Assembly: GCA_949358305.1 (NCBI GenBank)
Contig: OX442314.1
Location: 11,346,001-11,410,000, forward strand
Direction of reading: 5' to 3'
Length of the DNA stretch: 64,000 bases
Origin: Strigamia acuminata
Lineage: Eukaryota
Positions 10,100 to 21,808 of this stretch are shown here, piece by piece (positions within the stretch are counted from its first letter, which is position 1; every line of letters begins with the position of its first letter). Position numbers and translations under genes: made by a program. The notes under the pieces were generated by a model. That model was not told the DNA's origin, did no database searches, and was given only the letters and a program-made list of their open reading frames with translations.

Positions 10100-12943
10100 G
10101 GGGGGGGGGGGGGGGGGTTGGATTAGAGAATTTGGGGTGTTTTGGGGAGGGGGAAGAAAATTAACATAAATATTTTTAATTAGTTAATTAATTTTTTTTT
10201 TTTTTTTTGAAAATGATTTTATTTATTGTTAATCAATTAACGATAAATAAAAGACAAGTTTTAACTATATTTAATGGAATTTTTGTTTTGGTCAAAAACT
10301 GCACTTTGTAATTTAAAACAATACTTTTTTTGTTTAAAAATCCACTTTTTCTGTCTAAAACTCCACCTTTTCTGTTTAAAACTCCACTTTTTCTGTTTAA
10401 AAATCCATTTTTTCTGTTTAAAAATCCACTTTTTCTGTCTAAAACTCCATTTTTTCGGCTAAACCTGGATTTTTGGTAAAAAAAACATTGACTTTTACAG
10501 GTAAAAAAAATTGGATTTTGTAGGCTTAGAAACTGCATTTTATCAGTAATAACTGCATTTTTGGTCAAAATTGCAAAAAGTCGAGTTAAAAGTCTCAAAA
10601 AACAAAATATTTAGTATTAATAAACAAAAAAATGTTTGATTTTTAAAATTTTCCGAAAATCAGCAGAGAGTGAATTACAAAAAAGTAGTCTCGACTTGTG
10701 TGAGGTCCATGCACTGGCACATCGCCATTAATTTAACTTATTTAGCCTGAATTCCGCTCTTAGTCCTGCGGCTGGTGCACATTTTACACTTTTTCCTTTT
10801 TCCAACTCTTTTATCACCTCGATATGGGAGTCATTAGCGAGCGGGGGTCTGTGGCGCGTGTTATCTAATGAGTGTGTGTCGATTTTCAGGTGGGGGACCC
10901 GGAGTTGTTGTGTATAGCTCGTGGAAGAAAAGTAGTATAATGCACGTGCCATGACAATGGACCCGCTGTGTTTGAGTTTGACAAGACCCTCGAAGCAATT
11001 TGCTAATTTAATTAAGTTTTTATTGCCGAGTTTTGATGATTGTCAGGAAATTAAAATGGTGGCAGTCAAGAGTTAACTCAATTCGCTGTATTCAATGCCC
11101 CGCGTTGATAGCCCGAGTAAATAATGAGCCGAGTTGGGCGACTATCGCCGCGATCTCGCGCAGATCTCGTTTAGCTAGAGGTGAAAATGATAAAGAGGAG
11201 AGCAACTAATAGTGTTTCCACCTGATGAGAAAAAGTTTGCTCTCTTTTCACACGTCACTTTTGCACAAATGGCGTGTCTGTCACGTGAATTTTGTGCTGA
11301 ATGCGAATTTTTTTCTCGATTTAATTTCATTTTAGCCGAGTAATGATGTAATTGGCTTGTTAAGAGGTGGGGAAAAAATGGGGAGTAATTAACGAGGAAT
11401 AAATTAGTGCCAATTAAGACTGTTTAATGAATATGTTGAGTGGTAAAGTGCCAGCGTCTGATGGAGGCGAGATGACGTGTGCGTCAGAAATAATTAATTT
11501 CGATGACGAGCGATTTTTTTTTTTTTTTTTTTTTTGTTTGAAACATTTTTTTTTTTTGAAACATTTTTTTAATGAAATTATTTGATTTTGTTTCAGGGAG
11601 AGAGAAAGACGACATCGAATGTTGGCGGCGGAAAGAAAGAGGGACGATAGAGATAGCAGAAGCCGCAGTAGAAGCGAAAGTCGAAGTAGAAGTCCGAGCG
11701 ATAGTGGAAGTGGAAGTTCCACGAGTGATAGTGATAGTCAGAGTGGAAGTGATAGTGATAGTTCGAAGAGAAGTGATCGCAGGAATCGAAAGAGGTGATT
11801 GGTTAATTATTTAGCATTGGTTTTTTTGTTTTGCAGAAAGTGTGGAAGTGTTGAACAGAGGCGGGGGAGGGTGTGGGCAATTTTTTTATTTTTTAAAATT
11901 TGTTAACATTTTTTTAAAAATTGGTATTTTTTGGAATTAACTTGTAAATGTGCTATTTGATCTTTTGACATGCCAAATGGGCAGTGGGCTTTGTAAGAGC
12001 CAATTGGACAAATTTACTCTTTTGTGGATACACATTTTTGGTTAAAAATTGCATTCTTTGGTTAAAAGTTGCATTTTTTGGTTAAAAATTGCATTTTTTG
12101 GTTAAAAATTGCATTTTTTGGTTAAAAATTGCATTTTTTGGTTAAAAATTGCATTTTTTGGTTAAAAATTGCATTTTTTGGTTAAAAATTGCATTTTTTG
12201 GTTAAAAATTGCATTTTTTGGTTAAAAATTGCATTTTTTGGTTAAAAATTGCATTTTTTGGTTAAAAATTGCTTTTTGTGGCTAAAAATTACATTTTTGT
12301 AGCTAAAAATTACATTTTTGTGGCTAAAAATTGCATTTTTGTGGCTAAAAATTGCATTTTTGTGGCTAAAAATTGCATTTTTGTGGCTAAAAATTGCATT
12401 TTTGTGGTTAAAAATTGCATTTTTGTGGTTAAAAATTGCATTTTTGTGGCTAAAATTTACATTTTTGTGGTTAAAAACTGCATTTTTTGAGTGAAAACTG
12501 GACGTGTTTGATAAGACATGTGTAAACTTAGTGCAATATTTTATTATTCTACAAGTGGTGCCATCTAAGGATCTTTAACATTCATTTTTGTTTAATTTTT
12601 ATTTATTGCGTGCATGGAAATAAAATTGAAGAGATTTTATTGGATTTTAAATGACTATCATTAATCTTTCGTTTTATTTGCCAAAAAAAAAAAAAATGCG
12701 GGTGCGGGAGAAGGAACATCATTAATTTTTTACTTCCTGTTTTCAAAATATTTGTTTTTAGCCAAAATCTTTTAATCTTTACTCTTTGAAAACAATAACA
12801 CATCAGTAAACAAAAAAAAGAAAAACGTTGAGACAACATTTGATTAATTCATTCCATTTTTCATATTATTTTCCAGACGATCCAGATCACGATCACGCTC
12901 ACGCACACGTTCACGTTCACGATCCCCACTGACACGACATTAA
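5472..12943 (+). CDS. CLASRP: CLK4-associating serine/arginine-rich protein (CLASRP/SFRS16/SWAP2), 20 coding exons, 717 aa
   Basis: The N-terminus MWHEARKQERKIRGMMVDYKKRAERRREYYEKI and DRY_EERY-domain motifs (PWQG..DNLIDRFDVRAHLDYIP; EERQANYERFRTLV) match the CLASRP family. It also has RS repeats, LTPQEKLKRKMQAALNRQYKADKKAE and the C-terminus RSRSPLTRH*. Exons: 5472-5570, 5628-5725, 5786-5884, 5946-6028, 6103-6187, 6254-6372, 6503-6599, 6670-6748, 7087-7160, 7232-7273, 7335-7601, 7950-8087, 8152-8334, 8395-8616, 8681-8720, 9105-9162, 9224-9282, 9362-9408, 11597-11794, 12877-12943 (total 2154 nt, in frame). Confidence 0.95.
6895..6989. repeat. 21-22 bp tandem repeat (GCAGAAAATAGCGATTTCTAG) x~4-5 in a CLASRP intron
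   Basis: Direct tandem copies visible. Confidence 0.85.
10300..10570. repeat. 21-bp minisatellite (AAAAMTCCACTTTTTCTGTYT) in CLASRP intron 18
   Basis: Tandem copies produce heptad pseudo-ORFs (LKIHFFC)n. Confidence 0.85.
12034..12489. repeat. Two-phase minisatellite: 20-bp TTTTTTGGTTAAAAATTGCA block followed by 21-bp TTTTTGTGGCTAAAAATTGCA block
   Basis: Near-identical tandem copies; the period changes at about 12270. Confidence 0.92.
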
Positions 12944-13520
12944 AGCTAATTTGCCAGCGCACAAAGAAAAGAAGAAGAAAAAAAGCCAACAAACATTGAA
13001 AAATGGCGAGACCAGTTAGTGCTGACACCTGTTGGTATTCCGCAGTAGTATTTGATGGCATTTTGGCGTTGTGACGAGCCAGTTGTGTTTGGATTGTAAT
13101 TTTCAATTTACCATTTCCTTTCCAACCATTAATCCTTGTTAAACGTAATAATTCCCCGCTGCCTTCGCATAAACGATTATAATTTGCTGTTTTTATTTTT
13201 ATTTCTATCATTAGCCGTTTGTGTTTAGCATTTATAATTTCTTCCTACGTGCGTTCGTCTTGTTATTGATGACTCCTCACCTAAATAAAATTGGTGACAG
13301 GTGTAAATATTTAATTTCTTCTTTTCTATATCAATTTCTAAGTATAGAAAACAAAATGTCCTCCATTATACTTCCGAAAAACGATTTTTGTTATTTGTAT
13401 TGGCTAAACTTTGTATCTCGAGTTAATAAATCTCTTTTTTGTTTCTTTTTTCTTTTCAAATTTGTTGTTGTTTGTTTTTGTTTATTTTATTTATTCATTT
13501 AAAATAAATAAAAGACGATA
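12944..13520 (+). terminator. CLASRP 3'UTR with candidate polyadenylation signals
   Basis: AATAAA at 13284, 13425 (followed by a U/GU-rich tract at 13431-13500) and 13503. Confidence 0.5.
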
Positions 13521-14468
13521 AAATTGTAGACGCATCGGTTTTCTATTATGCAGAATAATCTATTAGTAAACCAAGACGATGTCTTTAGAAATTCACTTAA
13601 GATAAGACCCATCTGCGCCACTAGAAATCGTTAAAGCAACATCCAAGTTGGCTTTTTACTCGCCGCTCACTGGCAATTGAAGGCGCCCATTGTCGAGGGT
13701 TGCTTCCCCGATAACTTTCAATCCCTATTGGAAACTGCATCACTATGGGCTTAGCGGGATTAATGAGTTTTGGGCAAATCATCGCGCTGTTCTTATCGGT
13801 TTGCGTTTGCCCTCGGACGCAGACGACGAGGAAAAATTTTCCAGATGTCTATCTCGTCAGATTGAAGGCTGTTGTTGCGCAAAATAGTCACGGACCCGCC
13901 AGGGAAAAGCCAAGTAATGAGGATCTTATCGAGAACAGATGCAGTTCTTTGTTTTGCCACCATTTGTTTCTGTCGCTGTTTGTTTGGCCATTTGCTCGGA
14001 TTTTTGGTTTATCATTTTTTGACCGCAGGAATAGGGGGTGAAGAAATGAGTGTGAATGGTGGAAAAAATTGCGTATTTTTCTTCTTTTTGTCATGCTGGA
14101 ATTAATAACCTAGTAACGGTCGAGAAGGGGATGTTTGCCTCGGTCTGGTTCACGGAGATACTGGCACTCGACTAATAATCCTGTTTTCCGGCCCGTGTGT
14201 GAACATAACACCTCCCCTCGGTGTTAAATCACAAATGTCACCGAGAGAAACCCTGCAAATATATAATAAGAGGGAAAATACGGTCGGAGAGTAGTCAAAA
14301 TATGTCTTTCAGTCAAAACAGGCTTCAAAATTCAATGGAGTTTTCGCTGATACATGATTTCAAAAAATGGACTCATTTATCATTTAATGGTGCAATGAAA
14401 TGTACTAAATAAAATATACAAAGACCAGATTAATAGGGGGCCTAGCAAGTGGGCACGGTTCACGTACA

Positions 14469-14830
14469 AAAATGCATGTTTTCTGACCGTAAATGCATTT
14501 TTTTTGGTCTGAAAAGGCATTTTTTTTGGTCTGAAAATGCATTTTTTTGTCTGAAAATGCATTTTTTATTATTATTATTATTATTATTATTTATTACTTA
14601 TTATTTATTATTTATTATTTATTTTTTGTCTAAAAATGCATTTTTTTTGTCTGAAAATGCATTTTTTTGATCTGAAAATGCAATTTTTTTTACAAGTAAA
14701 TGCATTATATCACTGAAAAATGCATTGTTTTGCATAAAAATGCAATTTTTTTTAGCTCAAAATGAATTTATTTCTTATAAAAATGCATTTTTCCACTTGC
14801 AAATGCATTTTTTTGTCGTGAAGATGTCAT
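14469..14830. repeat. Degenerate ~21-22 bp minisatellite (AAAATGCATTTTTTTTGTCTG) interrupted by (TTA)n
   Basis: Tandem copies visible. Confidence 0.8.
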
Positions 14831-17800
14831 TTCTGAATATTCATGTCAGAAACTGATTTCTGGTCTGGGGGCCCCTTTTCACAGTCATTTTTGGGGCCCT
14901 AATTGAAAAGAAATGTCCAAAAAAAATTCTTCTATATTTGAAAATTTTTTATGAGCAAAAATTTTTGTTTTGTAATTTTGGGGTCCCGCGATCCCACAAA
15001 GCCCTTCATCACCTTTCAGAACTACAAAAACCAAAAGCCCGCTCCTGATTCATGGCCCCCCCCTACCCTATTGGAAGTTCCCCAACCTTGAAATACATAC
15101 CTTTAATACCTTTTTTAATTCTCATTTTATAAAGTTTTATTCTTTCCTAAACGTAATTATTCTAATTAGCAAAGTTAAAACTGCAGTTTGTTAAAAAGAA
15201 AAACCAAAAACGCGAGATAAAACGTGGTCCGCGTGACTCCCAAAGGTGTAAAAGCATTCGTGGCTCCACCAACCGGAAAGAAAGAAGGCACGAAAAAAAA
15301 AATACAGGAAAAGGCACGCGCGAGACCTGTCATTAATTTAAAAAAAAAAAATTAGAAAAAAAAAAATTCACGTCTTTAGAGGGTACAGTGCGTTTCTTGG
15401 AGCATTCCCAAACGCGTTCCCTTCCCTGTGCTTCTGCAAGAAGTCTCTCGGGGTCGGCGTGGTAAGAGAAAACGGCAGGGCGAGGGGCAAACGACCATAC
15501 GAGGCCGAAAAAAGTTGAAGGATTCGTTCTCTTAATGAGCTGAGCTTTTTAATTTACACGACACCGTTTTAATACAATTAGGCCGCAAGACCGCGCCGGA
15601 ATTTGGCAGTTTGGGAGCGACGACGGGCACAACAAGAAATTTAATTGAAGCAGTACAGGTCATGCATTAACGAGGGAAGCTGCCGAAATTAATCATTTTA
15701 ATTATTCTTTGCACGGCAACGTGGAAAAGTTGCTCGTGTGGGTTCGTTTCTCGTGTTGGCGACATCACCATCAAGCGCGATGGGATGGAGCCATGGAGGG
15801 TTAAAATGAGTTACCTAAGTGCGCATAAATTCTGTGTGTAAAAGGTTAAGTAAATATTACATGAAACTATGTAAATATTGAGATGAATTCATCCTGTGTG
15901 GATAGAAGTGTAACCAATCTAGGCGTCTTTGTGTTTTTTTTTGCTTTTTGCAGGTGAGAAATGGTGGAGTTTAATGCGAAATCGAATACCGGAAGCTGGA
16001 ATAAAGATGTATATTTGAACATCCATCAAATAAAAGTTAATTGGGAGATGTATGTGGTAGATGAGGAATCAGTTGCTTGAAACAAGTTGAAGAAAATGAC
16101 GTAAATGTAGATTTAGGGAGTGGCATATCTGTGTTGTGCACCTGCTCATTTCGAGACATAAAAGTTTGGGTTTTAAAATTATAATACGACGGAGAGCGTG
16201 TTAATTTTAAAACTCGAAATTGGTGTACGAAATTTACATGCATCGCAATATACAAGATGTAAGTATGGAATGAGCGCAAAAAACGACTTTTTCTTTATTA
16301 TACTTTCATTTGGAATTAAAAATTGCACAAGCTGACGGAAGATTTATTCGCAAAAAATACATTTGACCAAAATAAAATGAAAAAAGGAAGGGAAAAAAAT
16401 GGCCATTCAATTGAAAAGAGGAAAGGGAAGGTCATTTGGCAGTTGCCGTGGTGGAATGCGAACAAGCGTTGGATTTGATGGATCAAAACGCAACAAGATA
16501 TCAACATTTTAAGTTTACGAAAGAATCAAAAACATGTTTTGGTATTTTGGGGTTGATGGACTCGTGTGAGGATTAAAACACATGACCAAATGTCAAATTG
16601 TCACGTTTTGTTAGAAAATAAATTGTAAAAATGTATGCAACTTTTATTTTTCTGTAAATTTAGATTATTTGATCGCTTTTTATTGTTTTTTCTAACCAAA
16701 AACCTCCAAAAATAAAGAAATTTTAAACGCCATATTTGAATTAGTCTGACGTCATAACACTCATTTCCGGTTGGTGAAACTTTTCCTAGTGTGCAATAGA
16801 GCAGCAACTAATGAAAGTAATCCGGACACCGTCGAAGAGCTGTAATGCATTCGGTTTATGAGACATAAAAAAAATGCAAATAAAAATTATGCGAATCGTC
16901 ATTACCGAAAAAATAAAAAATAAAAAAAAAACACCCGTAAAATAACTAGAAAACCACAACCGGAGCGCCACCGTGTGAAAAAAAGTAATGGCAGTCGCGT
17001 GTTGGGAGCAGTTTTTCTTGCAAGATCAAAACCACGTTCGAAACGGGTTTTAAAACACCCCTTTCACGTACGAAACTACACCAGATAATGCATACATAGT
17101 AACAATACAAAATTATACATATTTCACGCATCTTTATATAGGTTAATAAACCGTGAAAATGAAAAAGAACCGCGCGAACGACGCACCGATTAATTACCAA
17201 AATGGCCGTCGTCAAGGTTAGTTGTTGTCGCGTATCAAAAACAAGCACAAACTCATTATTCATTCGCTTATTGATAATTTTATAAACAAACAAAAACTCA
17301 TCCTTTTTTGTGTATTTATTGCGCAAACTTTCAACGAAACTTTTTAAAAAAAAATCTTTTCAAAATTTTTTTACAATTTTTATTTTTTTGTTGTTGTTGA
17401 AGAAAGTTCGAGAAGAAAGTTGTTATCGTCGCCTCTCAGTTGATCCCGTCCCTCCCCTGCGAATACACGGACCATGGGCATGTTAAGAGAGTGGAATTAA
17501 CGCAGTGACATGAATTATCTAATGAATTTATGACGGCGACTTCACCGCGTTTCTGGTTGGTTCGCTCGGCCATTGGGGTGGACGTGAGGCGACCGGCTGC
17601 TCGTCTATCATCGAGACTCGCTAATTAGGCCGCGTTCCTCGCGTCGCCAGATTAGAGTTTTGCGGGTGACGCCGTGTAATCAGTGAGATGAGGACGACGC
17701 ACGCGTGCACAATTTACGAGCGAGAGTCGGCCGTCGTTTTGATACCGAGAGAGAGAGAGACGCGTGGAGGAACGCGTCGAAATGACCGGACTCAACCGAC

Positions 17801-18258
17801 CACAGGCATCGCGTGCGAACATTATGAAATGCCGTGTGTCCGATGTGCGCTTGCTACGCCCCCGTATTGCCTCTTAGTAGGGCTCTTACTTCCCCCCCTC
17901 TGCTTCGAGTGTTATTAAGATAATAAAAGCAAGAAAAGTCTGCGTTAAAGTTGTACTCCGGTTTGGTTGGGCGAATGAAAAAAGGAAGGGAAATAAATGG
18001 TGTGTGATGGAAACGGGAGAAACAAGTGATTGGTGTTTTTTCAGGTGAGGAAAGTCGTTTGGATTGCGATTTTTCGGGGTGGGAAGTGCGGAATTGTTTT
18101 AATTTCTTGTTTATTCGGGGCGTTTGGGGTGAGAACTCGGAGAGAATATTGATATGAATTAGATTTTTGAAAGGTTTGATGTCGGTTTTATGGTTAGTGT
18201 GGAATTAAAGTGATTTTGCACGTATGTTTGAGGTTGTTTTTAGTAATTTTGTGATTGA

Positions 18259-18503
18259 ATTCGATGTAAAATAGACGTAAATAATTGTGAAAAGCGTAAA
18301 AACGCTGAAAAAGGATAAAAATGACAAAAATTAATGAAAAATGAAGAAAACTAAAATAAAATGCATAAAATTTATTGATCAAATCGATGTAAAATGGACA
18401 TAAATAATTGTGAAATGCATAAAAATGCGAAAAAATAACTGAAAAATGACAAAAATGACAAAAATTAATGACAAATGAAGAAAACTAAAATAAAATTTAT
18501 TGA
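18259..18503. repeat. Two diverged tandem copies of a ~125-bp AT-rich unit
   Basis: TCGATGTAAAATRGACRTAAATAATTGTGAAA...AATGAAGAAAACTAAAATAAAAT occurs twice in tandem. Confidence 0.8.
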
Positions 18504-20211
18504 TTAATGTATAAGAATCATTGAAAGATGAACAAAAATACCGGGAAAATCAATGAAAAATGATTAAATTAATAAAAATTGCGTAGAAATTATTGAAAAG
18601 TACAGAAAACTCATTAAAAAATGCATAAAAATCATTTTAAAAATGCATAAAAGCGTTAGAAAATGACCAAATACTTGATTAAATGACCAAAGCCAATGAA
18701 TAATGATCATTAAAATTTAAAAATGAAACAAATTATCAATTAATTAATTAATTAATTTATTTTAGAAACCCGAAGTTAACAATTACACGATCCCATCTTG
18801 ACACAGACCCAGGTCAGTAATGCCACGCACGATAGGAATGGAATGCGCAAAGGTGATACGATTCCATTCTTTGGAAATCACCGATCAAAAACTTCCATCC
18901 ACACTTGCATTTGCGTCCTCTCAACCGGAAACAATTCGAAGGCAACTAAACTTTTTTTCCCCTCCAACTTTTGCCAGTAATTGTTGAACATTCTTGAATG
19001 TTCGCATCAAGGAACTTTCAAGTTAACGCAAGCGAAAAATACACCTCGTTACACTATAAACGGTAATTGGTGAAGTTAGATAGTGAACACGGATATTGTC
19101 ACACCGATTCACATGCCACTCGACTGCGCTTGACCCATTCGAATAAACCCGTTCCAACCCCCGAATCTATTCAACTTGAAGCCTGTAATTAGCTCCCAAC
19201 AGGAGCGCCGCAACTGTACACACAATATTTTCTTATCGCAACTGTTTACAAACACAAAACTACTGATTTAATTAAGAATTATATATTATTTTATCGTTTT
19301 AGGTGCTTAAAAATTGGTAGAAATGGATTTTAATCGTGGAATTCGTCGGTAGGTGGAATTTATCTTTTTTTGTTAGATTTTTTAAATTAATTAAATTATA
19401 TATTTTTTTTAATGCAATTTGTCTCGAATTAAACAAATCAATTGGTTTCCATCATTTCGTTGACTCCGCACCTTGTGAGCACCCACTTAGCGTGTCGAAC
19501 AAGCCGAGTTTTGATTGGGTGCAGCGCCATCTTGTAACCAATGATAATTAATGACATGAAAAAGGTGGAAAAATGTGTAAATTTGCTCGTGAATTGTTGT
19601 TTAACTTGTCGCCCCCCTCCCGTCGACTGAATAGCCCCTCGAAAATGGTTGTGTGCGTCTTGTTTGGGGGAAAAATTTTAAAAGTTTTAACTCCAAGAAA
19701 TTGGTAACTTGTTAAAGATGAATCATTTTGCGGGCCACCGACTCTCAAAGGACCCCAACTGACCTCTTGCCCTTGCGAATAAAAGCCGAGGGTTTTCTAC
19801 AGGGGGAGGTGGCGGGGCGCAAGGGAGGGAATTACACAATGTGGACGGACATATAATAGCCACCCCATTTATTAAAACGGGGGAATGAGACGGAAAAATA
19901 GCGACGTGCGTCTTAATAAAAACGTTTTAAAAGGCAAGAGGTTTGAAATGCATTCGGCGAATATTAGGGCAGTATGCCAGCAAAAGGCGGCCATAACTCA
20001 ACACGCGTTTCATCGTCTGGGGCTGCGAGCGAAGCATTTTTTTTTAGGTGTCGTGTACGGAGAAATGGAGGCGGAATAAAATTTTATTATTTTTCATACG
20101 AAAAATAAAAATTTTAGATTATGATGTCATTTTTGGTTTAAAATTGAAGTAAAACAGAAAATATTTTAGTTTTTGGAATGTATTTAACGTGTAAAACGGG
20201 ATTGGGTGTGA

Positions 20212-20282
20212 TTGATAGCAACCTTTTTCTTTTAACTCGAATGACGTATTCATTCGCGTTAAAAGAAAAGGGTTGCTATCAA
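20212..20282. repeat. Near-perfect inverted repeat (33-bp arms, 5-nt loop)
   Basis: TTGATAGCAACCTTTTTCTTTTAACTCGAATGA-cgtat-TCATTCGCGTTAAAAGAAAAGGGTTGCTATCAA; two non-Watson-Crick positions. Confidence 0.9.
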
Positions 20283-21808
20283 CTAAAATCACTTTTAGTG
20301 AAAAATAAAGAATAAATAGTGTGCAACTAATTTATGGCGTAATACGTCGGCGTGGTCTTTTTTTTTTAATTTAAATTTTTTAAAGATTTAAAAAAATTTT
20401 TTGTTTACTCTAAAAAGGAAAATTAATACATATTTGTATCGGATTAAATGCGCGGATGTGGAAACGAGAGCAATTAATTATTCAGCCGCGATTTGAAGGT
20501 AAGACGAGAGAGAGCGAATGAAAATGAATTCGCGAGTGTGAAAATTGTTTATTAACGTGAGTCGGCACGCATTTAAGTGCCTTATCAAACGACATTATCA
20601 GTTTGTTTGTGCGTGAAAAGTGATTTAACGTTTAGGCCATTTTTTCGCTCTTCTTTTTCGCTCTCTAAAAAGCATCTCTCTCTCTCTCTCTCTCGGCACA
20701 ACTCCTCCCACTACCCCCCTTAACGGTATAAAACGAAAAAGAATGAAGAGCTTTCACTCATTAAGATGAGTTTGCGATTCCAAAACACATTTCATTGTCA
20801 TTTCGGTTGGGATCCGTGACTCAGTGCTTGTGGAATGGCAAAAAGCACGGGGTAGAGTGAGGTGATGCCAAGTTTTCGCACGCGCTCGCACCGATGACGC
20901 CATTGCTGCTTTAATTTGGCGTTGGCGAGCGAAACCGCGGCCTTGTCTCGCACGCGTGTTAATCCTGTGATTTAGGAGTGCGACTCGTAAATTCCTAACA
21001 CTCGATGGATGAGTGCGATGTGCACAAGGGGTTGAACGCGGGCGGGCAACTGAGACTCCCCCGCCGAAAGGAAGTGCAGTGCAGTTGCAGTGGCAGCCCC
21101 GATTTCGTTTCCCCTCCCTCTCATTTGACTCTCAATTCCACTTTGAGGTGGCATCAATATGAGAAGATAAAGGTCAGAAATGTACATTATTCTTAATTTT
21201 CTTGCCAGCTTTATTGGCTGGTTTAAGTGATTGACGACCCCCCCTCTGCCAATTGAATTTCAAACTTGCAGTTTTATTTTTTTTGTTTTTATTTTTGATT
21301 TTATGGTGAAATGTGACTAAGACCGGCTTTAAAGGAGATAAATGTTGGTTTTCATTAGGAGTGACTGACCAAATGGTGTTTGGAGTTGTTTTGGATTGGT
21401 GAGAATGGAATTGGAGGTGGCCAGCTGCACGAGTCGAAGGATATGGAGATTTGTGTTCATTTGTATTCATTTTTATTCAAATGATTAAAATTATTCTGTC
21501 CTCTGATTAAATCACAATTTTTTTTTTGTTTATTGTAGGGTTTTGTGGAGGTTTTAATTCCAGTTTTCTATACACACTATTTCGCAGTTAGAATTGAAGA
21601 TTTATGGGAGCTTGCTTAACATTGCAAAGTTAATGCTGCGGATAAAATCATCACTGCCATAGAAAAGTCCAGGATTGTCGGATTCGGGGTGTTTGTCTTT
21701 TTCAGTCGTTATTATGACCAGAGAGTGTTCCGGGCAATAGATATACTATTCTTTCCATGTCAAGGTGGATTTTTTGCGTTGATATTTGTAACGGATAAGT
21801 GACTAAAG

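Noticed and set aside
9900..10120. Poly-T and poly-G runs giving a K-rich ORF
   Set aside because: Homopolymers, possibly of unreliable length; no coding signal.
10233..10598. Heptad-repeat ORFs (also 12269-12490 and 46502-46705)
   Set aside because: Translation artefacts of 21-bp minisatellites.
11795..11900. Acceptor TTTTGCAG at ~11836 as an alternative last exon of CLASRP
   Set aside because: It would need an ~42-nt intron, shorter than any other here (>=57 nt); the exon at 12877 gives the family-typical RSRSP..RH end.
12034..12489. CRISPR-like regular repeats (also 43500-44065 and 53686-53763)
   Set aside because: No unique spacers and no cas genes; eukaryotic context.
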